The notes: generated from the letters alone by a model not told the origin. A stretch of DNA of 29,749 bases from Opitutales bacterium (GCA_049599475.1 JBMYOQ010000056.1:1-29749); one strand, 5' to 3'; positions 20,292 to 29,717 are shown, numbered from the stretch's first letter. Translations and numbers: made by a program.

Positions 20292-20586
20292 AGTAGTATT
20301 GAGCAAAAGTCGGCGACGCGGGGTGGCTTCAGAAAAAGCCATAGCAGGCCACAGAGCACCTTTTGTTTAGTTTATAAACCTTAACACCCGCCCCAAAGCA
20401 TCGTTTCACTCAAACGCTCTTAATTCCCAGATAAATAAGGGGTGAATCATTCCAACCAACAGTAAGGCACTTTACCATCGGTTTCCTCGCATTAATCAAT
20501 GAGGGCTTCGATTGACCTCTTAGTGGGAATATTTGTTTTCATAATCAATTAATCTAGTTTTTTGAATTCAGCCCTCCCCCCACATT

Positions 20587-23500
20587 ATGGCTCGAAAACT
20601 TGCGTGCTCTCCCCGAAACACAAACCGTAGCTCCGGCTTTGCCTTAGTCATCGCCTTTACTCTCATCAGCTTCTTCCTGCTTATCGTAATGGCTCTGATG
20701 AGCGTCTCGCGCACGGAATCTAAGACTGCCGAGGCTTACAGCGCAGAGACCGAAGCGCGTCAAAATGCGATTACTGCAGCCAAGATGGCCCTAGGGCAAC
20801 TGCAGCAATTGTCAGGTGCCGACACCCGCGTGACTGCCAGCTCAAAGGTCCTCGACCCTAACAATGTTCCCCTGACCGGTGTGTGGCGAAGCTGGGAGGC
20901 TAGCGACCGAAATTCGAGCAATTCCGGAAAACCGATTGCGCCTGACTATACTGCGAAAACGAGGGCTGGCGATGCATCAAAAGCGGTCCAATCCAGCAGC
21001 GGTCATGGCCGATTCCTAGGCTGGCTTACATCCCTAGAGGCCCCCAACACCGATCCCCTTCCCGGCGACGCCTCCGGAGTTCTTTCGGGTGACCGCTTGT
21101 CGAATGATCCAGCAACCGGATTAGTCCCAATGGTAGCCAACGGCAGTGTGGATTCCATGAATCGCCCCCAAGAATCGGTATATATTCTCCCAACGCCAAT
21201 CATGCAAAACGATGATACCACCGGGAGTTTCGCGTGGTGGACCAGCGGAGATAATGCAAAGGCTTACATTAACATAGACCCAGACCCAGCACCGCCCTCT
21301 CCATCTACCGATGAACTGCAAAAGCTAGCCAGGTCCAATGGACGCCCAGACCCATCCGCCTTCGGACTCGGGTGGATTGATGACTCGCTGGCGACACCGC
21401 AGTTCGCGAGCGCATCCATGCTCAACATCGACTACGATTCCACGAGCGACAGGGATGGCACACCTAAAAATTTCCATGATCTAACCGCCTACAATCGAGG
21501 TCTCCTGACCAATACAGCCGTAGGTGGATGGCGAAAGGACCTCTCACTCATGACCGAGAGTTTCGTAAGCACATCTGGCGACAGTGGGCTTCACAGCACC
21601 CTCAATCCACTACCATCAAATGATTTACCTTTCTATACAAGCAAACCTGGAACCACCATTGGTTATCGAAAATCGACAGGGAGCCTTTCCTCTGCGCCTC
21701 ACGGACTCGTGTATCCATGGGCTAATTACAGAAATGCAGAAGGCGGACCTCCCAATCGATACGGAGGTCCCATTACATCGTGGAACCATTTAGTCGATTA
21801 CACCTTGTCCTATCGCGATGTGGAATTCTTTGGAGGCATCCCGGAATACACCCTAATTAGTAACTCGCGTTGGCCGCGAGGAGATCAAAACGAATTCAAG
21901 ACAGATGAAGCACGTTATGCATGGGCAGACCAAATGCGCGTCTCGCCTGTCGTTGCACGCTTCCAACTCACCTTCGGGATCTCGGCCGAAGAAGAGATGG
22001 AAGATGAAAAAGATTCCAACGGTGAAAAGACCGGCAACCAGATCCCTACCGGAAAGTACGTCCCAACAATTACCCTAAATCCAGCGTTCACTTTATGGAA
22101 TCCATACAATGTAAAGATCACCGTTCCAGCAGATCAACGGCTATCATTTAAACTGAGAAAATCCGGCGCTTCTGGCAAGTTCCACTTCAACACAATTCCA
22201 CCGGACCCTTCGAAAGCATTCTCAAAGACTATGAACCAGCTGTTCAACAACCAGTTGCGTTTCATGACTCCCAACGAGAACTTAGTCTTGCTTCCAGGAG
22301 AAACTAAAATCTTTGGTCTCGACCCATCGGCAGCACCCATTGTTTCCGGAAACACCAGCAACACACAAGTTGTCGAATTAATCGAAGGATACTCAGCCGG
22401 ATCTGCATGGTCATTCAATACAAAGGCAAATAGCACTTTCGAACTTAACGAAACAATTGTATTAGAGAAATTCACCTTCGATGATCCAATAAAGACGGAT
22501 GGAGGTGAAGCTGGCTTGGGTATGATGGTTCACATTACATCTGGAGAAAACAAGAGACACGCCACGAGCTATTACTTTATGCAGCTCGTCGAGGACAACC
22601 TGGATGGCGGCTCGCTGCCAGAAGATGATTCCGACAAATACTTCAGAGCACTCTCGGCTATAAATATCGGGGACACCGTCTCAAATCTGATACCCAATGC
22701 AGCTAACCCTCATGGAACAACGATGCCCGCAATTGTAATGACTTTCGCAAACCGCTACGCATCCCCTCCTTACCTCTCTGATCAACCAGCATCCAAGAAC
22801 AATATCCCAGCCCTACAAGGACACCCATTGGTCAACCATATGAATATCGGCGAATCCGATATGGCGGGCACGGACCCTGAGGGCGCAGGCACCGGGAATT
22901 ATCACCCTATCAACAGCCCTTTCGACCTTTTTCTGAACGAATACGATCCAACGTACCCTGTTCAGTGGGACAACTCCAATAATAGCAGCTACATCATCAC
23001 AGGAGAGAATGCGAGCAATGGCCTCACACGAGCAATTGTAGCAGAAGTGCCCACAAATCCATTACAAAGCTTGGTCGATCTAACGCATTGGGATGCCCGC
23101 GAAGTAAACCCAGTCCCCCCCTTTCAATTTAATCTGCTTGGAAACGCATCCGCGAGCCCAATCATCCCTCAAGACGCAGTGGGTGTGCCGGGGAACCCAG
23201 GCAGTGAATTCGAAGATTTCTGCAACGATGACAGCTACCTATTAAATCACCTTTTCTTTGACGACTGGTTCGTATCTTCAATCGCTCCGCAAACCACCAC
23301 TCGAGGCTCAACCTCAAGCTACCGCGATTCTCTCAAAGACACATACCGCAATCATCTAACGGGCACCCAGTCGCTTCCAAACCGATTCTATAAACCGACA
23401 TCCCAAGCGCAGTCTCTCGGCATTGACTCTGCAGTCGATGAGATCGTCAACGGCGGCAAAACAAACCTAAGCGGAGGCCTATCAAAATACCCCTATGAGT

Positions 23501-24384
23501 ACATAGCCTCCCGCATGGAGGTCATGGGAATGTTTAACATTAATTCAACTTCAGTAAGCGCCTGGGAAGCACTCCTGAGACAAGCTCGAGACCAGCAGAT
23601 TGCTTATATCGATCTGAACGGTGCCGTTCAAACCGATACGCCCACAACCAACACGACTCCCTTTCCAAGAACATCCCTTGCAGGTGATCAGTCGGCGGGA
23701 TCCAGCTCCTACCTTTCATCGACATCATTCTCAGGAGCTACTGAATTCACCGGGTATCGCGCATTATCAGATACCGAAATTTATGACCTTGCACTAGAAA
23801 TTGTCAGTATCATCCAAACACGCGGACCCTTTCTATCGCTATCTGAATTCGTTAACAGGCAACTCAGCAACGTCACCGACGATGCAATTGCAGGCACCAT
23901 CCAGAAAGCCCTCGACAACCTCGCTCGTGGAAAGCACTCCGCCGGCTCCAGCAATTCCGACCCGTTCAACAACATCAAAGCGTCGTCCTTTTGGGTGGAT
24001 AATAGCACATCAAATATACCGGGAGTATACGAAGACTACGCGTTCCCAGAAGCCGCCGAGGGAGATAAGTCATTCGGCCTGCCAGGATGGACGCGGCAAG
24101 CAGATATTTTACGCCCAATCGCGCCGATACTTTCCGCACGAGACGATACCTTTACAATACGGGCCTACGGCGACAAACGCGACCCGTCTGATAGCTCCCG
24201 AATACTAGCGAAGGCGTGGTGCCAGCTCGTTGTGAAACGTACTGCCAAATTTCTCGAAGATGACATCGATGCTCCCGAAGCCCTCCCGTTTTCCGCAGAC
24301 GAAATGACTTCTACGATCAACGAAGTCATGGGCAGGCGTTACGAAATCGTCTCGTTCCGATGGTTAAACGAAGAGGAAATCTAA
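20587..24384 (+). CDS. Giant prepilin-like protein (GspK/PilX-type N-terminus; resembles Verru_Chthon cassette protein A-like proteins), 1265 aa
   Basis: Basic leader ..NRSSG|FALVIAFTLISFFLLIVMALMS lacking Glu+5; helix AETEARQNA...ALGQLQ...GADTRVTA; C-terminal GMFNINSTS, RGPFLSLSEFVNR, RQADIL..IAPILSARDDTFTIRAYG, GRRYEIVSFRWL. Confidence 0.75.
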   Translation: MARKLACSPRNTNRSSGFALVIAFTLISFFLLIVMALMSVSRTESKTAEAYSAETEARQNAITAAKMALGQLQQLSGADTRVTASSKVLDPNNVPLTGVWRSWEASDRNSSNSGKPIAPDYTAKTRAGDASKAVQSSSGHGRFLGWLTSLEAPNTDPLPGDASGVLSGDRLSNDPATGLVPMVANGSVDSMNRPQESVYILPTPIMQNDDTTGSFAWWTSGDNAKAYINIDPDPAPPSPSTDELQKLARSNGRPDPSAFGLGWIDDSLATPQFASASMLNIDYDSTSDRDGTPKNFHDLTAYNRGLLTNTAVGGWRKDLSLMTESFVSTSGDSGLHSTLNPLPSNDLPFYTSKPGTTIGYRKSTGSLSSAPHGLVYPWANYRNAEGGPPNRYGGPITSWNHLVDYTLSYRDVEFFGGIPEYTLISNSRWPRGDQNEFKTDEARYAWADQMRVSPVVARFQLTFGISAEEEMEDEKDSNGEKTGNQIPTGKYVPTITLNPAFTLWNPYNVKITVPADQRLSFKLRKSGASGKFHFNTIPPDPSKAFSKTMNQLFNNQLRFMTPNENLVLLPGETKIFGLDPSAAPIVSGNTSNTQVVELIEGYSAGSAWSFNTKANSTFELNETIVLEKFTFDDPIKTDGGEAGLGMMVHITSGENKRHATSYYFMQLVEDNLDGGSLPEDDSDKYFRALSAINIGDTVSNLIPNAANPHGTTMPAIVMTFANRYASPPYLSDQPASKNNIPALQGHPLVNHMNIGESDMAGTDPEGAGTGNYHPINSPFDLFLNEYDPTYPVQWDNSNNSSYIITGENASNGLTRAIVAEVPTNPLQSLVDLTHWDAREVNPVPPFQFNLLGNASASPIIPQDAVGVPGNPGSEFEDFCNDDSYLLNHLFFDDWFVSSIAPQTTTRGSTSSYRDSLKDTYRNHLTGTQSLPNRFYKPTSQAQSLGIDSAVDEIVNGGKTNLSGGLSKYPYEYIASRMEVMGMFNINSTSVSAWEALLRQARDQQIAYIDLNGAVQTDTPTTNTTPFPRTSLAGDQSAGSSSYLSSTSFSGATEFTGYRALSDTEIYDLALEIVSIIQTRGPFLSLSEFVNRQLSNVTDDAIAGTIQKALDNLARGKHSAGSSNSDPFNNIKASSFWVDNSTSNIPGVYEDYAFPEAAEGDKSFGLPGWTRQADILRPIAPILSARDDTFTIRAYGDKRDPSDSSRILAKAWCQLVVKRTAKFLEDDIDAPEALPFSADEMTSTINEVMGRRYEIVSFRWLNEEEI

Positions 24385-24415
24385 TATCCAAAAATCGAAT
24401 TTTAAAGAAAGCCCT

Positions 24416-25126
24416 ATGAGCTCCCCAAAGACGCTTCTCCTTCTCAGCCTACTTATATTCCTAGGATTCGATCCTTCGATTTCAGCGCGCGAAATTCGAG
24501 CTATATTTTTAAACGGCTCTCAAGACTCACCCCAAACAGCCTACCTGCATTCGAAAGAATTTTCTGAGACAATTCACCTTCCAAGAAAAATCCTGTCACC
24601 ATCCACGACTGTTCCCAACGGCAACCTTTCCTTTGCTGTCTTAAGCCAGGCTCCCGCAGAAGAAGAGGAGGTGCTTATTCCGGAAAATGCCCAAATTGTC
24701 ACGATCCCCAAAGAATGGACCCGGTGTATCTTGCTTTTCGTTCCCAAAAGCCAAAACACAGAATTCCCGGCGGCGGTATATCCAATCAATGCCTCAGGCG
24801 ACAGTTTCCCTTCAGGCCACACAATGATCTATAATTTCAGCCAAAACTCAATCGCTGGAAAATTCGGCGAACAAGTCGTGATGATAGCTGCAGGATCAAA
24901 GGCAATTATAGGCGAGCCTCGAGAAGGGCGCGGTAGCTATCGAGTAGACATGGCATGCGAGCTACCTACTCATGAAAACCCTGTAGTATTCTACGGCACT
25001 TCATGGATGCATTACCCTGATCGCAAGCAACTCATGTTCATCACTCCACCGACCGGCAACCGTAAGACTCCCACAATTCGCCTGGTTCTGGACTCGCGCA
25101 CCCCCTCATCGAACTCTACCTCGTAA
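24416..25126 (+). CDS. Hypothetical secreted protein, 236 aa, probably co-transcribed with the prepilin-like gene
   Basis: N-terminal signal peptide (KTLLLLSLLIFLGFDPSISA); 31 bp downstream of the previous stop; beta-rich pattern. Confidence 0.8.
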   Translation: MSSPKTLLLLSLLIFLGFDPSISAREIRAIFLNGSQDSPQTAYLHSKEFSETIHLPRKILSPSTTVPNGNLSFAVLSQAPAEEEEVLIPENAQIVTIPKEWTRCILLFVPKSQNTEFPAAVYPINASGDSFPSGHTMIYNFSQNSIAGKFGEQVVMIAAGSKAIIGEPREGRGSYRVDMACELPTHENPVVFYGTSWMHYPDRKQLMFITPPTGNRKTPTIRLVLDSRTPSSNSTS

Positions 25127-25303
25127 ATGCGATGAGCATGCAACGAGGCACACCCAAGAGCCGAATATCTCTGACTTTAGAAAAAAATCGGGGCAAGCCG
25201 CTGATCTTCGAGCGGTGGAAGGTAGCAATTTCGCCCAGCAAATACGCAGCATTCAGCCGCTCGGAGATCGGCCGCTACCGGTAACACCATCCTAAAGGCA
25301 GCA

Positions 25304-25540
25304 TCATTCTTCAAGAGCCGCGCCCAACAGCAGGACCTGAATCAATTCACCTCCGATACTGAAAGGGGAGTTTGCCTTTATATTTCCTATACATGCGGTT
25401 ACGAAGCTCTTAATATGGTCCGCATTCGAATGTGGTGCTTTTATTACCTCTCGATACTCTAGCATACTTAATCGAGGCAATAAACCGATGCTTGCCGCTG
25501 TGGACTGCTTAAGGAGGCGCCTGCGAGTAAAATCAATCAT
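25304..25540 (-). pseudogene. Probable internally deleted remnant of a Tat-exported Gfo/Idh/MocA-family oxidoreductase
   Basis: N-terminal twin-arginine motif TRRRLLK joined almost directly to DHIKSFVTACIGNIKANSPFSIGGELIQVLLLG, which resembles the C-terminal helix region of that family. No Rossmann fold is present. Confidence 0.5.
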
Positions 25541-25622
25541 TTGCTTCAGAAATTTGAGAGCAATATTCTCATTCTAGGAAATACCTCCCGGAGGCTCAAG
25601 CTGCAGGACACAGTGAGAAAGA

Positions 25623-25667
25623 TCATGGGCGTTGGCGCTGACCTGCAAAGCAGGCCAACGCCCATGA
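25623..25667. other. Strong intergenic hairpin
   Basis: TCATGGGCGTTGG (25623-25635) pairs with CCAACGCCCATGA (25655-25667), with an inner CCTGC-AAA-GCAGG stem. Confidence 0.55.
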
Positions 25668-26147
25668 ATAAAGCCACCGTAACTTTCGTTTGTTTGGATC
25701 TTTCTCGTGTATACCTTCAGCGTCTTGGTGTGGGGGGAGACGACGCATGAAGCTTGGTCAGATGGATATTTGAGTGGTCTTTATTCGTATTCTCGGGGGG
25801 AAAGGGATAATTGTAAAATTTCGCACATTACCTTAGCTATGGCGAAACTCCTAATTCTTCAGCGCGCGCCAACCACGCAAGAATGCTGCATCCCCCTCAG
25901 AATGCAGCATTCCCGCGTGAGGAGAAAACCCTTCGCATCCACAGAGGGTTTCTCTCCAGTCAGCTCTGCACCAAGATCCCCCAGCTGTACCTATCAAGAG
26001 GACCGCAGTGCAAAATTGAAAATCAGGAAAAAATGTCATTTATTTTGAGAGGTTTGCGAACAACTCATTTCCCGTAGAAACCGGGGATAAATCACTCGCT
26101 TAATCTTGAGTGACCAGATAATATCATTAGTAAATTATTTACACCAT

Positions 26148-26163
26148 CCCCTACTTTTAGGGG
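26148..26163. promoter_or_regulatory. Candidate operator: CCCCTA-N4-TAGGGG palindrome upstream of the kinase gene
   Basis: Perfect 6-4-6 inverted repeat about 54 bp upstream of the GTG at 26217; a related CCCGTA-GAAA-CCGGGG lies at 26071-26086. Confidence 0.4.
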
Positions 26164-26216
26164 GTCTGCGCTAAATATAGCCCTCGGCCCTCCGAAATTT
26201 CTCAATAAACCCCTCC

Positions 26217-28193
26217 GTGCACCCCCTAAGATTCAGACCCGTTGCGATTCTATTCTCATGTTGTTGGGTATTCATGACTGCGGCCATGGGCGGAGAAGCA
26301 GTACCGGACCGCTTGCCACTCAAGGACCTCGAGAAACTCCAAAACGAGGTTACAAAGGAGCTCAGCACCCTCGCTGCATACAATCTGAGAAGAGGCATCG
26401 GCCCGGTGGGATACCGATCCCTGAAATACAATCAAGCAGACGTTTCGGAGAAACTAACGATTTACTTTCAAGAATCCGCCCTTGTAGACCAGATAACGCT
26501 CGTTCCGGTACTATACAAAGACAATGGGAATCGCGTAAAGGCAGAGGGCTTTCCCAAACATTTTCGCGTTTTGGCAGGAGACGGCTCAAGCGAAGATGTC
26601 TTGGCCGAGTTCCAAGCGAGCGATTCAAGCGCATCCAGTATCGCCCCCCTTGTAATCAATTTCACCCCAACAAATCTCGATAAAATTTCAGTCGAAGCGA
26701 CCCTCCTTTCAAAAGATATCGGAAAGAACAAATACAGCCTTCAACTTTCAGAAATTTTGGTATTTAGCGGCTTGAAAAATGTGGCATTGCGACAGCCAGT
26801 TGAAACAAATCAATCAAACGCAAAGCGCGATCACAGTCTCCTGCAAAACCTAACCGATGGTGCCACACCGTATGTGATGGACGCACCGAAAGGTAAGGCC
26901 AGTAGGTCCAAGCTGATCAAAGTCTCCAAGAGCAATGAAACGCCCACAATCACAATAGATCTCGGAGAGGTGCACCCAATCGATCAGGTTAACCTGCATA
27001 CATCAAACACCTCCCACTCGATTCCACAAAGCGTTTTCAGCAACCGGACTGTGCCACGCCACGCCAGAATTATCGCCGCGCGTAAATCTGATTTCTCGGA
27101 TGCAGTTCATCTTGCAGATAGTGTCCAACAATCATTCTACGAGACAATCCTCATCCACCAATACGCCTTTCAGGAAATACACTGCCGCTACGTACGACTC
27201 GAAATCTTAGACCACTCCCCCATCGTACCTGAAGGTCCAAACAAAGACCGTATTAGCTACACCGAAATCGAGGTGCTCTCACGGGGAATAAATCTAGCAC
27301 AAGGTCGCTCCGTCGAAATTAGTGATAACCTAACCGCAACAAAAGATGCCGTGAAACGGATGACCGACGGGAGGAATTATTATGGTCATATCCTTCCGAT
27401 GCGGGTTTGGCTGGAGCAACTCGCTCGCCGCCACGAGCTAGAACACATGCTCCCGCAGATTCGTGAGGCACTCCAGCGAGGCTATGAGCGACAAAGGGCC
27501 AATTTCAACATTCTGGCATGGGCCTCAGTAATTTTGGGCTCAGGGACCCTTATCATTATTCTTTCCATACGCACTCTGAAACAGCGCGCCATTATCGAAA
27601 CACGGCGGCAAATAGGCGCGGACCTCCATGATGAACTCGGCGCCAACCTCCACGCCATTAGTCTGTATGGAAGCTTGGCCAAGCGAGAGTATGCACGCCT
27701 CAACCCCGCAAAGAACGAAAGCAAGCTCGATCAATACCTCGACGAGATCTGTAAAATTGGCCTAGAGACCGGTAAAACGGCCCGCTACACCGTAGACACC
27801 CTCGAGTCCACAGAACCTCACCCAAACCTCTCAGAAGACCTCCAAAGGCTCTCAGAACGGATACTGACCGATATCGAAAGCTCATTTCACGTCCAAGACA
27901 CAAAATCCCTCAATGCACTGCCTTCCAAGGTGCGTACTGGACTGTACCTGTTTTACAAAGAATCGCTGACAAATATTGTCCGCCATGCTCATGCGGATAC
28001 AGCCATTAGCCATATTTCAAGCGAAGGCCCCGAAATCCGTATCGACATTCAAGATAACGGAGTGGGCCTGGACCAAGCATGCGTCCCACCGTCCCTAATG
28101 CGCCGTGCCCGCATGCTGAAGTCCAAGGTATCTGCGGAGCTTCCACAAGACGGAGGTACCCGTATTACTCTTAAAATCCCTGCGACTCCCTGA
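26217..28193 (+). CDS. Sensor histidine kinase (HisKA_3 type) with periplasmic discoidin/galactose-binding-like domains
   Basis: Signal peptide; repeated NVAL/NLA..LTDG, ITIDLG, CRYVRLEI, SEI.V.S motifs; TM FNILAWASVILGSGTLIIILSI; H-box ADLHDELGANL; KESLTNIVRHA; IQDNGVGL. Confidence 0.9.
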   Translation: MHPLRFRPVAILFSCCWVFMTAAMGGEAVPDRLPLKDLEKLQNEVTKELSTLAAYNLRRGIGPVGYRSLKYNQADVSEKLTIYFQESALVDQITLVPVLYKDNGNRVKAEGFPKHFRVLAGDGSSEDVLAEFQASDSSASSIAPLVINFTPTNLDKISVEATLLSKDIGKNKYSLQLSEILVFSGLKNVALRQPVETNQSNAKRDHSLLQNLTDGATPYVMDAPKGKASRSKLIKVSKSNETPTITIDLGEVHPIDQVNLHTSNTSHSIPQSVFSNRTVPRHARIIAARKSDFSDAVHLADSVQQSFYETILIHQYAFQEIHCRYVRLEILDHSPIVPEGPNKDRISYTEIEVLSRGINLAQGRSVEISDNLTATKDAVKRMTDGRNYYGHILPMRVWLEQLARRHELEHMLPQIREALQRGYERQRANFNILAWASVILGSGTLIIILSIRTLKQRAIIETRRQIGADLHDELGANLHAISLYGSLAKREYARLNPAKNESKLDQYLDEICKIGLETGKTARYTVDTLESTEPHPNLSEDLQRLSERILTDIESSFHVQDTKSLNALPSKVRTGLYLFYKESLTNIVRHAHADTAISHISSEGPEIRIDIQDNGVGLDQACVPPSLMRRARMLKSKVSAELPQDGGTRITLKIPATP

Positions 28194-28207
28194 AACAGAA
28201 AAAATAC

Positions 28208-28858
28208 ATGAAAGAGCGAATCAGCGTCACCATCATCGAAGATAGCCCAGCCTACCGTCAAGGGATCGAGTCAGGCCTAGAGTCCTGCGATCTCATCGAG
28301 GCCATTCATGCATTTGGCACCGTGGAAGGTGCCCTTAACAAACTAGACACTGTCGAAACCGACCTCATTCTTCTCGACCTCAACCTCCCTACAATTTCTG
28401 GACTCGAAGCGATTCCTCTCCTTCAGACAAAAGTCCCAAATGCCAAAATAATCATTCTCACCCAATCCGATCGAGAGTCCGACGTAATCGAAGCAATCCA
28501 AAGTGGCGCCGCCGGCTACTTACTCAAATCGGCCACCATCGACGAAATCATCGAGGGTATCGAGCGCGTCCATGCTGGAGGGGCCACATTGGATCCCAAT
28601 CTGGCGCGTTTCATCCTAGACACCCTACATACAAGCCTCTCTCCCGCCCAAACCGATACTCGCTTGTCCAAACGCGAATTCGAAATCCTCACACGCATCG
28701 CTCAGGGCCTTTCACAAAAACAAATCGCTGCAGACCTAGAGATCAGCTCATACACCGTCACCGAATACGTCGTGAACATCTACAAGAAACTCGAGGTCCC
28801 CAACGCACCGGCAGCTGTGGCAAAAGCCTACAAATATGGCATATTGGGAAACAAATAA
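28208..28858 (+). CDS. NarL/LuxR-family response regulator
   Basis: IIEDS, LILLDLNLP, GAAGYLLKS; LuxR HTH LSKREFEILTRIAQGLSQKQIAADLEISSYTV..IYKKL. Confidence 0.96.
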   Translation: MKERISVTIIEDSPAYRQGIESGLESCDLIEAIHAFGTVEGALNKLDTVETDLILLDLNLPTISGLEAIPLLQTKVPNAKIIILTQSDRESDVIEAIQSGAAGYLLKSATIDEIIEGIERVHAGGATLDPNLARFILDTLHTSLSPAQTDTRLSKREFEILTRIAQGLSQKQIAADLEISSYTVTEYVVNIYKKLEVPNAPAAVAKAYKYGILGNK

Positions 28859-29015
28859 ATCGTTTTTGAGCATTATAAGGAACCGCACTCTTTACGCTTT
28901 TAAAACATTTTTTCGGTTTTTTTAAGAAACAGAGAACTTTGACCGGAACTAACGAGCGCTCAATATACAAACTATCCGAAATAAATCGGTTTTTTAACAA
29001 TATTCCCCCCCGACT

Positions 29016-29717
29016 ATGAAAAAGAACGCTCTCGTGCTGACAGCAGCACTCTCCTGCGCATTCACTTCAGGTGTCTATGCACAAACGAACCTATTAATCG
29101 ATGCGGGTAGCTTCGACTCCGGCACAGTCTCCAATAGCAGCTTTCTCGACTCTACCCTAATTGACGACGGCTGGCAAAGCTCCCGTGGCCCGGGGTATCA
29201 AATAACGGGCGGCGTAATGTCCCTTCAAGAGACACGTTCAGGTCTAGCTCAAGTAAACACGATTTCTACCCTTGGTTTAACTACCGAGGAGCTCGCTTCG
29301 AGCGCACTTAATATATCATTTGATTGGACTGAATCATCGGACACAAACGATCCTTTGTATTTTACGTTAATCGGCTGGAGAGATACAACAGGTGAAGGTG
29401 GCAACGACCTTTTTAGGGGGCTCAATAATGCGAACCCTGTTCAGATCGACGAAGATCTCGGCGGCGTAATCTTTAGTATTAACACAAGCACAATTATTGC
29501 TGAAGGAACTCAAGAAGTCGGCACCACCGTGTCAGGAACTCAATCGTACTCATCCGACTTCAGCCTAGAAGCATCACTCACCCTGAGCGACTACGACTAT
29601 ATCGGAGTGAAATTTTGGTCCGTAAATGACAATAATGCTGATGGCGATGGGTTTATCGACAACTTGACGCTAACTGCTGTCGCCGTCCCCGAGCCATCTT
29701 GTCATTTTGCGGGTTAA
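29016..29717 (+). pseudogene. PEP-CTERM protein with its sorting signal interrupted after VPEPS
   Basis: Signal peptide MKKNALVLTAALSCAFTSGVYA; S/T/D/G-rich body; ..IDNLTLTAVAVPEPS then CHFAG-stop in place of the TM helix and basic tail. Confidence 0.85.

Noticed and set aside
20292..20342. N-terminal extension MAFSEATPRRRLLLN of the sulfatase as a Tat signal
   Set aside because: The downstream ATG (20291) gives a typical Sec signal directly before KPNVVF, and the RR context is a poor Tat match. Not fully excluded.
25541..26077. Short ORFs of 62-113 aa in the intergenic region
   Set aside because: They overlap each other, mostly have non-ATG starts and show no recognisable motifs, so they cannot be supported as genes.
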